Shown here one piece after another: positions 8,968-19,832 of a stretch of 64,000 nucleotides of DNA. The notes beneath the pieces were generated by a model, which saw only the letters and a list, made by a program, of their open reading frames with translations, made no database searches and was not told the DNA's origin. A program made the translations under genes and the position numbers. The stretch is from Caecitellus pseudoparvulus (Eukaryota; Protista; Bigyra: Bicosoecida): positions 42,927-106,926 of the forward strand of contig CBFFRQ010000008.1 of assembly GCA_965644315.1 (NCBI GenBank), read 5' to 3'. Position 1 is the first letter of the stretch. Each line of letters starts with the position of its first letter.

Positions 8968-10863
8968 TCATGCCACCTCCACGCCCAGCTCCAGCGCCAG
9001 TGCCTCCGCGTCAACCCTCGCATACCCGTCCTCTGCCGTACCCACCGGCGCCCTGCCCAGCTCCTGCAACACCTCCTGCAGGGCCTGCTTGGCACCTGCA
9101 CGATCAGAAGTCGCAAGGCGGGCCTTCGCCAGCCAGTACCCATTCAGAGGCCACACACGCCGTGTGAGCAGGGCACGGCAGGGCTCCCCTGCGCTTTGCT
9201 CCCACTGCGTATCGCCCAGCACGCGCTGTCCGAAACGCAGCACGCTGCCCAGGTCACGCAGTGGAGGGGGCGCGTCAGCTGCCCGGGACAGCCACCCCAG
9301 TGCCTCGGCGGCGGTGGCTTCAGGCAGGGCGCCGTACAGAGCCGCCGCGCCGCTGCGCTCCACCCAGCTGAGGCTTGCCAGAGCATGAGCCCACCGGCCC
9401 AGCATGTGGTAGGCCTCTGGGTCCCGAGGGGGGGAACTTGGCACCGCCATGCCGGGCGTCCAGACCTCTTCCCCCCCCGCCTGGATGGCATCCACCAGGT
9501 GCTGCTTAAAACGCGGCGCGAACTGCACCACCGCCCCCTGCCCGTCCAACGTCGCCAACTGGTTCCCAATCAGCGCCGCCATCTTGTGCCCCAGCGCATG
9601 GCGCCCCGCAGCACTGGCCAGCGCAGCGTCCGCAGCCACTTGTCCCCGTGTCAGCCACTCAGTCGCCTGCACTGGCCCCAGCTCCACCGCCTCCGCGCCT
9701 GGAACAGGCGGGCACTCGCCCTCAGGCACCGGCCCGATCCAGCTACAAGCCAACAGTGCAGCCACATCTGCATCACCCATGCCTCGAGGTGTGTGCTGTA
9801 GCAGTGGCGTGGCCAGTGCAGCTCCCAGCAGGGCAGGCGGCACCGGCGACGCGACAGAGTCTCGCGGCACGCCCCACTTGGTCAGCTCAGCGCCATCACA
9901 CACCACCCTGCGGAAGCACACGCGCGCCAGTGCTGCATGCAGGTCCGCGATGCCAGGAGCTGCGGGGTCCAGCACACGCAGCGCCACCTCACACGCCTGA
10001 CGTGCCTCGCCTGCGTGGTTGGCCGCCCCCAGCACATCCACCACCTGCACCGCCTCCATCACTCGCACGCTTTGAATCGGGGCCCCTGCAGCTGCCCCAC
10101 CTCCCCCTTCAGCACTCGGCGCCGTCACCCGCGATGCGTCAGGCGAGGGGCTCCGTGGGGGGCTGCTTGTGGTGGTGGCCTGGGCGGCGGGCGCCGCCTC
10201 CACGCCACTCGCTCCAACGCCCGAGAGTGCCTCTTCCGGGGTACTCGGGACAGCGGCAAGGCGGTTCGCGTCAGAGTCTGTACTTTCCACGCAAGGGGTG
10301 CCTCGCGGCCCTGTTGGGCGGTGTGTGAACAGAGCCCTGGCCGCGCTAAGAGCGCCCACGCCGCTCACAGACAGCACGACGGTGGCCAGAACCAGGCAGG
10401 CATTGCGCGGCAGGGCCACAGAGAATTTGACTGTGCCGCCCACTTCTGTGCTCAAGGCTTCGTAGCCCACGAAGGAGCTCATCAACGCCAGCCCTCCGAG
10501 CATGAGCACGGCAAACGCTGCGTCTGGCGCCAGCCCGACGACTTGCTCGCCAGCACCAGCGCCTGGCGTGTGGGGGCCGCTGGATCCCCGGGAGCAGCAG
10601 GACACGCCCGACTGGAAGTGCACATCAGGGCATATGATGCAGCCACTGCGCTTGGAAAAGGTGGGCCCTTGAGGCATGGGCTGCGGAGCGGATGAAGCCT
10701 CGGCAGCTGGCGTGGTGGCAGCAGATTCCGCACTCTCGAAGGCCACAATGCGAGCCTGCAAGGACTGGATGCGCTGCTGCACAGCGGAGTTCAGAGCTTC
10801 CAGCTCGTCAAATGAAGTCTCATCTTCAAAGTCTGCAGTCACCCCTTTTGTTGGGGAAGCCAT
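8968..10863 (-). CDS. Regulator of microtubule dynamics (RMDN/PTPIP51)-like TPR protein with N-terminal coiled coil and hydrophobic segments
   Basis: HALGHKMAALIG...FKQHLVDAI...DPEAYHMLGRWAHALASLSWVERSGAAALYGALPEATAAEALGWLSRA matches the RMD1-family C-terminal region. First ATG at 10863. Confidence 0.72.
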   Translation of the reverse strand: MASPTKGVTADFEDETSFDELEALNSAVQQRIQSLQARIVAFESAESAATTPAAEASSAPQPMPQGPTFSKRSGCIICPDVHFQSGVSCCSRGSSGPHTPGAGAGEQVVGLAPDAAFAVLMLGGLALMSSFVGYEALSTEVGGTVKFSVALPRNACLVLATVVLSVSGVGALSAARALFTHRPTGPRGTPCVESTDSDANRLAAVPSTPEEALSGVGASGVEAAPAAQATTTSSPPRSPSPDASRVTAPSAEGGGGAAAGAPIQSVRVMEAVQVVDVLGAANHAGEARQACEVALRVLDPAAPGIADLHAALARVCFRRVVCDGAELTKWGVPRDSVASPVPPALLGAALATPLLQHTPRGMGDADVAALLACSWIGPVPEGECPPVPGAEAVELGPVQATEWLTRGQVAADAALASAAGRHALGHKMAALIGNQLATLDGQGAVVQFAPRFKQHLVDAIQAGGEEVWTPGMAVPSSPPRDPEAYHMLGRWAHALASLSWVERSGAAALYGALPEATAAEALGWLSRAADAPPPLRDLGSVLRFGQRVLGDTQWEQSAGEPCRALLTRRVWPLNGYWLAKARLATSDRAGAKQALQEVLQELGRAPVGTAEDGYARVDAEALALELGVEVA

Positions 10864-11271
10864 CGCGGGTGCCCCTCGTCGAATGGCGAACGAAGCACCC
10901 TCAGCTCGCAGCAATGCCCCAACTACTGCTCAGCTGATGAAAACTGAGGACAGCAACGACCCTCTCCGAATTGAATATTCCAAAGAATTCCTTCGCGGTG
11001 CACTATGCAAGCACATGTTGATTGTTGCTGCCTCAAGCAGTCTGTGCCGCGGTGGCAAATTCTCCTCATCATCACACGCTGACTTCCTGCCAACCTCCTC
11101 AAATCTAACCAATCTGCTGCAAGCCCATCGATGTGAGTGGACCTCGGCCAACCTAGTTGGCACGTGATGAGCGCCTTGCCCGCCGGCAGCTGCAGCGCAC
11201 CGCCACGTCGCCTCCAACAACGCTCAACGCAGGCTCAAGCTCATCAGAACCCTTTCACTGCGCCTGTCCAC

Positions 11272-12036
11272 ATGGCGACTGCACATACACCGACAGGGAT
11301 CGGCGCGCAGCTGAAGCCTTTTGGCAGCATCATGACAGCGAAGGAGTTTCGAGACCAGCGCAACGCGCGTGCGGCTGCTGCACTGCAGCAGCCGACGAGC
11401 ACGCTGCAAAGCACGACTGGCGCGCACAAAACCAAGCCTCAGACCTCAGGAACAGTAGGAGGAGTGCATCGAGTTGGCGCCAACCTTCCGACCAGCCACT
11501 GTCTTGTAAGCGCCCTGGGTAAAGCCAAGGCTGGCTTTGCAACGCAGCAAGTCAACGCAAACGCCGTTGCCACGCTGCGGATGCAAGACGTGCAACCCGC
11601 TGCGACAGAGGGGCGACAGCACTCCCTCTTGCAAGACATGGACGAAATGTCACCTTCCTCACCGTCAACTCCGTCGGGCAGTCTGGGGACAGAGTCCCAG
11701 CCCACACCCGACACTGTGCTAGCTCACGGCACGCCTCAAACCAACTGCACTGCAGCAAGCGGGGAGGTACCTGCCGCTGAGCTCGCTACCAGTCCCGTGT
11801 CCGTCGCAGCCTCCTCTGCGGACTTGGCCCGCAGCATGGGCCTGGTGTCCCCGATCACCAATCGCCTGCAGTTCAACTCTCCTCGCACGCAGCACGTTGC
11901 CCAAATGCGGCTGGCGCGCGCCCGCACAGCCCCGAACCCAACTCTCAAACACGAGCCCGTGCGAGCACCAGCATCATCCTTCAAGCGCTGGTTCCTGTGG
12001 CTGCCCTGCTGCAGCCGCCGTAGAAAGGAAAACTAA
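11272..12036 (+). CDS. Hypothetical low-complexity protein with C-terminal WFLWLPCC plus basic tail (possible palmitoylation anchor)
   Basis: Open frame from ATG 11272. The stop overlaps the AATGCATT element seen at other gene ends. Confidence 0.5.
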   Translation: MATAHTPTGIGAQLKPFGSIMTAKEFRDQRNARAAAALQQPTSTLQSTTGAHKTKPQTSGTVGGVHRVGANLPTSHCLVSALGKAKAGFATQQVNANAVATLRMQDVQPAATEGRQHSLLQDMDEMSPSSPSTPSGSLGTESQPTPDTVLAHGTPQTNCTAASGEVPAAELATSPVSVAASSADLARSMGLVSPITNRLQFNSPRTQHVAQMRLARARTAPNPTLKHEPVRAPASSFKRWFLWLPCCSRRRKEN

Positions 12037-12081
12037 TGCATTGCAGACTCCAGGCATACGGTGAGCGCAGCGTCACAGCCC

Positions 12082-13074
12082 CTACCTTGCCGCGCCCTTC
12101 CCTCTTGCCACAGGGGCTGTGATGGGCACCACGACGAACTCCTTGCCTGTGGCGCAGCGGTGTGCAGAGGCTATTGGGTGCAGAGCGCAAGGCATGCAGC
12201 GGGCGCACGGCAGCACGCACCGTCTGGGTCCAGCGTGAGCGTGGCGGTGGAGCCGCCTTTGGACCCCGGTGTCACTTCAATGCATGCGTCCACCCCATGC
12301 GGCAGGGTAAACCGATACGCCGCCCCAGGCTTGTCGCCCTCCAGGAAGTCCGCCATCAGCTCGCCGTTCTCCAAGGACAGCATGCGGTCGTCCACCCACA
12401 CCTCTAGGCTGCTGTGGTCAAACTCCACCAGATGCCGCACGGGCGGGCCACTGCCCTCGTCCTTCCCTTCGGACTTGCCTTCGCCGTGGCCAGCAGAGTC
12501 GCGTGCCGCGCTTGCAGGCAACACAGTTGGCGGCAAGTCCCACACCGTCATATCCACAGCCCGGCCTGTCCCCGCCCCGACGCTCTTGTTGTTGATGTAC
12601 AAAGTGTACTTCAGCCCGATCACACCTGAGACGCAGTCGGCCGCGGCAAGCGGTGAGCTGGCTCATGCAACACTCGCCTGCCTGCCAACGCACCATCGGC
12701 CTGGATGACCACCTTGCCCACAGAGCGGGCCGAGTCGCCAAACTCAAAGGACACTTCTCCAATGAGCTCATACTTCCATCCCGAGTGAAAGATCCGCTCT
12801 CCGTCCAGCCAGAGAGTCTGCGGTCCGCAGCAAAGGCGTGGTGGTTCGATTTCCGCACTGCTTCGTGACAAGCAAGCCCTGCTGCTGCCCACGCACCTGC
12901 CGCCCAGTCAGGGAATTGTGATGAAAAGCAACTTCACACCTGTGCAATGGGTTTGAGAAGGGGGGTATATAGAGCGCAAACGGTCCGTCTACCGCGCCAG
13001 GTCACACACTTCTTGCCGCTCACGGGCACCTTCCACACTTGCGTCGCAAGCTGCCCACCGCTTTGGGCCGCCAT
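12082..13074 (-). CDS. FAIM: FAIM1 (Fas apoptotic inhibitory molecule)-like protein, multi-exon
   Basis: Spliced pieces QVWKVPVSGK|KCEVAFHHNSLTGRQ|TLWLDGERIFHSGWKYELIGEVSFEFG...LKYTLYINNKSV...MTVWDL...HLVEFDHSSLEVWVDD are colinear with FAIM (VWDV..HKIEFEHGTTSGKRVVYVDGKE..EWMFKLVGKETF..YEYTLEINGKSL..TWVL..DVWCNG). Confidence 0.75.
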
Positions 13075-13487
13075 GAGCCACACACAAATGACTGACACAG
13101 TAGCACTGCCGTGACCTATAACAAACCTCCATTTGCGGTATCTGAGTTCGATTTTCTACCACGGAACCTCAAGTGTCGGCGCTCAAGCACTGCAACGATG
13201 GAGCCAAAGCGTCACACGCAAAGTGCGAAAAGAGGAGGGGCAGAATCCATTCTCAAACACAGTGAAGGTGCACACCTCGCCTAATATCATGAGCACTCGC
13301 AGGCTGGTGTAGTCCAGAGGGTGCTGTCTTCGTTCCGAAACCCCGTTCGCTAAGCGGTTCAAGTCTACGCGATACAAGCCACGCGCCCCGAAAGGGCACA
13401 GCCCAGGTCGCCACCTCAGCACAACCACAATGAACAAAGTCACACACCCCCATTGATTGTACGTGTGTGTGGCTCACAGTTTGGCCT

Positions 13488-14450
13488 TTACAGGCCCATG
13501 GCAGCCAGCACAGCAGCTGTCGCGATGGGGACTCGCACGTTGTCATCGCGCAGCATGAACAGCAAAAACCCCTGCCACGACCCTGCCCCGCCCTCACATG
13601 CAGTGGTAGGAGACGCCTCCACCTCAATCGCTTCCGCCAGTGCGGCGGCCAGCCCAGCGACAGCGGCGACACCACAGACGCTTGCAGGCGGCCACGCCAA
13701 GCCCCTACCTGCTGCAAGCGCCGCAGCCACGCCCTCCTGCACTGCCACCAGCTCAGAGCCGCTCCAGCCACTGATCCAAGCGTGGCTGCTGGCGGTTTCT
13801 TCGGCTGTCGCGGGCTGCTGGGCGAGCAGGGTCAAGTATGCCGCCAGTGAAGCAGTGACGGCCATCGCACAGGCGGCCGAGCCGATGACACTCTTCTCAC
13901 GCCACAAGCTTACTGCGCCCAGGCCAGGAATGGAGACTTCCATGTGCTTTGACGCCTCGCCTTCCTTTCGGGAACAGTGTGGCTTCAGCAGGATGCCTGC
14001 AGCACTGGCCACCGGGTCCCCAAGGGAAATGGCCAGGATGCTCATGACGGTGACGGGCATCGAAGCCACGCTCGCGACCAGGCCGCACCCGACGAGAAAG
14101 TAAGCGGCACCAGGCAGCTGGTCCTTCTCGTGATCCCGCATGATGCCGGAGAAGGCTTCCAAGAACGCCCGCTGCACCCATGGATACCGCAGGCGAGCGG
14201 CGTGCAGAGCCATGAAGCCAGCGGCCGAGCCCAGCAGCAACAAGCTGGCAAGTCGAAGAGGAAATCCAAGCTCCAACACCGCGACAAAGAGGATTCCTGT
14301 ACCAGCATGTTGGACCTTGCGGTTCAGGTGCAAGCTCGTCCGTGTGTTCTGCTGCTTCGCCGCGCTCTTGGAGGACCCCAGCGCCCACTGTAACGCAATC
14401 GAAACTCCTACTGCGACTGCCACCAAAGCTGCAGACGGCACAGAATCCAT
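13488..14450 (-). CDS. CTP-dependent lipid kinase (DGK1/dolichol/phytol kinase family), multi-pass membrane protein
   Basis: RKVQHAGTG, MRDHEKDQLPGAAYF, LAISLGDPVASAAG, EKSVIGS and DDNVRVP motifs. Confidence 0.85.
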   Translation of the reverse strand: MDSVPSAALVAVAVGVSIALQWALGSSKSAAKQQNTRTSLHLNRKVQHAGTGILFVAVLELGFPLRLASLLLLGSAAGFMALHAARLRYPWVQRAFLEAFSGIMRDHEKDQLPGAAYFLVGCGLVASVASMPVTVMSILAISLGDPVASAAGILLKPHCSRKEGEASKHMEVSIPGLGAVSLWREKSVIGSAACAMAVTASLAAYLTLLAQQPATAEETASSHAWISGWSGSELVAVQEGVAAALAAGRGLAWPPASVCGVAAVAGLAAALAEAIEVEASPTTACEGGAGSWQGFLLFMLRDDNVRVPIATAAVLAAMGL

Positions 14451-14706
14451 GGTGAGCACTGTTTGAAAGTACGCTTGGTATGTTGAACCGTTCAAGTGGA
14501 TTGGGGATGTGGAATGTGTCGCCCTGGCCATCTCAGCAAGGCTGGCCTTGCCTGGGTGTGGCTCGCGCTTGGCAACTCGCACGTTTTCTCAAGCGAAGCG
14601 GGCTGTCGCGAGCTGCAAGCCAAAGGGAACCACCCTACACAGCAAGTTGCCCCCAGGCAGCCGTAAGAGGTGCCAAGTTGGCACGAGATTGACCCCGCAT
14701 GTTGCA

Positions 14707-15565
14707 TCACTGCTGCCCCTGAGCTGACCCAGCTGTGGCAGCCTCAGCTGGCCCAGACTCCTGCGCCGCCTCGTGCACTGAACAATCGCCCAGCATCCCG
14801 GACTCCACCAACTGCCAAGCCTCTAACTCTACGCACTTGAACTGGGCACTGGAGCTCAGCTGGGGACTGTTGAACGTTGCGCACGGCCCCGACGTGCCAC
14901 GCAACAGCTCAGCGTCCAGAGCCCAGGCGAACGAACCACCCGCCCCCATGCCCACTGATGTGAATGACCCGCGGGTGTTCACCGACTGGAAGTACCTGTT
15001 GCCGCCAGACCAGCGGAACACACGAATTGAAGCGCTACCATGCTTGCATGTGAAAACCCGTCGCCCGGAGCCCGTGGAAGCGTCTTGGCCAGACTCTGCA
15101 GTACTTGGCTCGCTCGTTGAATGGAATACGAGACTCTGCGTGTTTCCGTAAAAGTGTGCCGAGTGGCGCCAGGCCTCTCCCGCAACGCCACCAAACACAG
15201 CACCGCCTGAGTCCTTCAGCAAGATAATGGTTCGCTCCGCATCAGAAACCTTGCTCAAGAGGGTCTCCAAATCTGCACCATCTCGTGACAGCCGAAACTT
15301 CAACGCCCAGTCCATCCGCCTGGGCAGGCAGAGCGGCTTGGCCTTCGAGCGTGCCGTGAAACGAGCATGAAACGCCAACGCACCTGCAGGCCTTCGGCAG
15401 CGCACCTTGCAGAGCACAAGCGCCATCTGCATCCAGAATACCACTTTGTTCACTCAAGGTTGGTGCGTACATATTTAACTCCCCTGAGGGTGCCTCAGGA
15501 CCGCACGCATCTGCCTGCAAGGAGCTGTCCTCCTTGCCTGCCAGCCCAGACTGCTCTATGCCCAT
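14707..15565 (-). CDS. TLDc-domain (OXR1-like) protein; one intron near 15382-15322, start uncertain
   Basis: LSEQSGILD...LQGALP|...WALKFRLSRDGADLETL...LLKDSGGAVFGG...HFYGNTQSLVF...FRWSGGNRYF...GMGAGGSFAWALDAELLRGTSGPCATFNSPQL...ELEAW. Confidence 0.88.
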
Positions 15566-16103
15566 GATTGACTGCTGCGCAGCCCAACCAGCGTTGATAC
15601 AGGCAGCAGATGTCGCCTTGCACCTTGTTACCCTGGCTCCAAGCCTTGCCTAGCATGCACCTGCCCGACTGCTGCACTTGGCACAATAGGAGCTCAGCGC
15701 AAGTCTGCAACGTGCCCGGCCAAACCTTGCGATGAGAAGCGTGCAAATAAAAAGAAAGACGGCTATACAGGGTTATCTGGCAGAGCTCTTATACAATTTG
15801 CGCCCGCACCGCCTCGGCACCAAGAGGCCTGCAGTGGCCAATCAAGGTACCTTCACAGCCCCCCTGACAAAGACATCCAGCGCATGATCGCCCACCATGA
15901 ATCTCGAGCAGGCTCAAAACTGCTGGAGACCTCGCATGGCAAAGGCAACAGCTCCCCAAGCACCCTCAAGAGGAGAGGTGGCCGAAACCTGAACGAATCG
16001 CAAAAACCTCCTGCACCTGCCAATGACATCCCTTGCATCATTGCGCTTCACGGCAGCACGCATCAAGGCTGAAACCCGGCCAGGCTACCCTCTCTAGGTC
16101 ACG

Positions 16104-18672
16104 ATGGCTTCCGGTGCAGCGGAAGTGCGGGCCAGGCGCACTCTCCGTGCAGCACTCTCAGCGCCTCAGTCCCCTGAACAGGTGGACCGGGCACTGCACA
16201 CGCTAAGCGAGCTTCCATGTGTTAAAGAAGACACCATGGAAGTGCTCATGCAAGCTGGGAGAAGCGCACACTTGTCTTCTGCCCAGTGTGATGAGGTAGT
16301 GCTCCTGGCAACGCAGCATTGCCCTGCTGCAGTGCAGAACATGCTTGCCGCTGGAGAGACTGATGCAGCCATCCAACTCTTGGAGTAAGTCCACGAACAC
16401 ACCCCAAGCTTGAGCACTGACGAATCAGGAATGCTTGAATGCTTCCTGCAGGCAAGCTTCGCTCTCTGTGGGGTGCGGACAAGCAACAGCGTGGATGGCA
16501 GCCGCCCTCGGAGTTGCCAATTTGCCAGGCGCGTCAACCACAGCAGCTGAGCAAGCCACAGCAAGTTTTATCCAATGCGCTGCAAAAGCAGTCAACGGCG
16601 TCCTTTCGCACCAGCTCATTCCCTCTGCCATTCAAGTTCTGCAGAAAAATGACCTACCAGCCGTGGAGCTGGCGCGGCAGCTTGAAGCGAGAGGCGTGGT
16701 ATCCCTACTCCCCCAGCTGCTCAACGTCCCGCGTGCCATTTCAGCCGTCATAGTGGGAGCCCTCGAGCGCTCTGACGCGGACCTTGTGCAGATCCTTCGC
16801 AGAGCAGCAGCGGTGTGTGGCCATGCACTGCTGCAGGGCTCCGAGCTTGCTGAGGAAGGTGGACACGTGGCTTGGCTTGCCGCAGCAGAGCACACCCTGG
16901 AACACAGGCGAGAGATAGCGGCACCCATTTGGTTGCCAATCCTCATACAGTTATGCAGTCGCGTTGCAGAACCAGTTGCGACTCGCTGCCGTGCATTGAA
17001 GGCTGCTGGGATCTCAGTGCAAATCATGCTACGTGAGCATGGCCGAACTCAGGACGAAGAGCTGTTGGAAGCATGCAACTGCATTGCGCAGCACGCTTGT
17101 GTGGACTTGGCCTCTGGGCCAGCTTCTCTGCAGGCTGCCGCCCGCTGTACCCTCTCGCGGCTTTGCGAGTTCGTACCACCACCGGCTTGTCTTGAGTCAA
17201 CGCTGCTGCGTGTGATGCAGGCACCTGGCCCGGCACCCATGGCGTGCTTGTGCGATGTGCTGGCGAGCAAGCGTATACATGAGTGGATGCGGCCTGCGTT
17301 ACACATGACACTGCAGCAGATGCTGCGGGTGTGGGAGGGAGACGATCACCAATACCCCTGCTTACTCGCGTTGGCAGCAGCGACGTGCGAAATCCCTGGC
17401 ATGGAAGGCGCTACGCGCGCGCTTTTCGAGGTAGCGACTGAGACTTCCAGCTGCATTTCGCCGAGCGATGCGGCTTTGCTGGCGGCAGCCATTGCTAAGG
17501 GCGGCAGCGAAGGAAAAGCTGTGGCGACGCGATGCGGTCAGGGTCGAGAAGGTAAACGTCTTCAGGCCTGGCTCCAAGAACTGCTACAGAAGCCACCGAA
17601 ACATGTCCGGCAAGGGGAAGACTGTGTGTGGGCTGCCCTTGACCTTGCGTTCAACTGCAGTCCGGTGGAAGCTCTCGATAGCGCCACGGTGCAAGCGTGG
17701 GCAGCACGACTGGCCGCAAACTCCAGTCCAGTTGCACTGAGCATGCTCAAACAAGCCTACAGGCACCATGTAGTGGTTGACGGAGAATGGCTCCAATCCT
17801 TCATCGCTGCGGGGTGGGCAAGGTGCTCGGCATCCGACAAGCCAGCATTCGCCAGAGATGCAGCTTTCACCCTCGCCAAGCGGGAACTACCAACATGCGA
17901 TGTCAGCATGGCCATGACCACAGTGGAAGGGTTTCTCAATTCCTTGGTCCAAGTACCTTGCACTTCGTTGGACCCATTCTTCATGGCTTGTGTCGGCGTG
18001 ATCGAAGCCACAGTGCACCATGTGCGGACAGCATCGGACACTGCGTCAACTCACACAGCAGCAGGCAGCTCTCAACAGACCAGGCAGGTGGACCTTGCCA
18101 CTGAAGCAGCGGACGAGCTGCTGTCGAGCACTATGACAACCTTGCTAGGCCGCCCACCCTTTCAGCTGCTGCTGAACGCTCTCCTTGCAGAGCTGCAAGA
18201 GGGCATCAACCGAATCTCCCTGCGCGTTTGTGAAACCCTCGCAACCCACTCACTTCAAGCCGCGAACGCTATCCTCAAAGTGCTACACGCAGAACCACAG
18301 CCAGTATCATTTGTACGGGCACTCAGCAGCGGAGCAGTGGCTGTCGCTGCACAAGGGCACGCCAGCAAGACACAGTCCAATGCTTCCACGCACAAGGCAC
18401 TCGCGACGCTCATTCACAGCGCCAAGGATGCCATTCTCAACAAGAGCCACAAAGCTCACCATGCTGCTTCCGCGCACATACTCTGCTCGGCAGTGCACAG
18501 GCGAGCGCTCCCCGTCCAAGTCTTGGCCAGCATACTCAAAGCAGCCCCCGAGCACAAGCTTCACGGACGGCCCATGGTGCAGCTTGCAACAGCCTGTCTC
18601 CCTCACCGACAGCAAGTCCAGGTGCGCCGCCGCACATCCCGACGCCCACACAGCAAGCGCGCCAAACCTTGA
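16104..18672 (+). CDS. Hypothetical alpha-helical protein (probable intron after ~16385)
   Basis: ATG-initiated first exon ending at a GTAAGT donor, followed by a 745-codon open frame. No recognisable motif. Confidence 0.55.
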
Positions 18673-18677
18673 CGCCT

Positions 18678-19330
18678 TCACCTCCACTTGCGGCGCCGAG
18701 CACTGGCAAGCGCCCGAGCAGCCAACACAGCCCCTTTGCCCACGTCGCCCCCCAGCACCAACATGCCCCGCGGACCCACAGCAGCTGCGATGCAAGAAGG
18801 GAGGCGCCTGCACAACACTCACCGTGCCTGGCACCGCACAGCTCACTCACAAACCACTGCGTTCATGCGGGGACATGGCACCACCCCTCCAGCCTCCCGC
18901 GGCACCATGGCCACACGGCGAGGCGGGGAGCAGTCTGCAGCCTGGTACACACCAGTCCCATGCCTGCGAAAGAGAACCAGCGCAGCCTCAGTGACAGCGT
19001 CGCCCCAGGAGTGTCCTCGTGCCAACACCATGCGCTTCGGCAGTGTGCACGCTCAACAGAGCCAGCCGCTCTCCACCCTGCTCAAGCTCAGCAACCCAGC
19101 ACACGCAGCCCCACGCACCACTCAGGACCCTGCTCCGACATCTGGTACCCAAACACAGACGTGAACCACACCTTCGATGCCGCGCCCTGCACCATGGAGC
19201 AGTTGGCACGGAGGACGGCGCTGGCGCCGAAACGTGCGCGAAACTCCCCACACCCTCGCAGCACCTGAACCTCGCCCGCAGCACAGCAGAGGCTCAAGGT
19301 GACCAATGCCGACAGACACCCACGATGCAT
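18678..19330 (-). pseudogene. Internally deleted copy 1 of the kelch-type membrane protein gene (1494-bp deletion at ~18731)
   Basis: Junction ccaacacagc|ccctttgcccacg joins sequences that lie ~1.49 kb apart in copy 2 (29060 and 30555). Confidence 0.8.
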
Positions 19331-19832
19331 GGCAGGCAATGACGCCGTGATCAAGCTGTCTCGGTGCTGCTCGAGTCAAGCCCCGCCCAATTGACGGATC
19401 GCCACCCAACTCTCCACTCCACAACAATGACTGTCATGCCACATTCAACACTGACACACGACACACAGCGAAGTTCACATTAAGTGTTTACATGCAACAG
19501 CAGCTCAGCGTTTATTCACCTAGATTGAGTAAGTTGACAAGGTGGGCGTTTTGCCGCCAGTACTTTCGACGGCGGTGCCCAAGCAGCCATCCCTGCCCCA
19601 CGCCAGCACACCGTCAACTTCCCCCGCTAGCAGCACTCCTGCAGCCATCGCTGCGCAGAGGACAGACGTGTCGGAGTGGACTGGACGTGGCCACTGCTGC
19701 TCTGACTCGCCACAGCCTGCTTCCCCAGTTTGCCGACCGCACTCGACTGCACAGCTCCTGCCCACAGCCTGCACACCACACACAGCGCTTCTTGCCGTTG
19801 AGGTGCACACAGGGACTCCACTTCTAGCGGTC

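Noticed and set aside
13198-13455. Possible small spliced gene on the + strand between FAIM and the lipid kinase
   Set aside because: An ATG and splice-like sites are present, but I could not build a convincing frame or find a motif.
19542-19832. N-terminal extensions of the giant ORFs given by the ORF track
   Set aside because: They start at non-ATG codons that differ among copies. The first conserved ATG (19833, 31653, 43707) precedes the signal-peptide-like segment.
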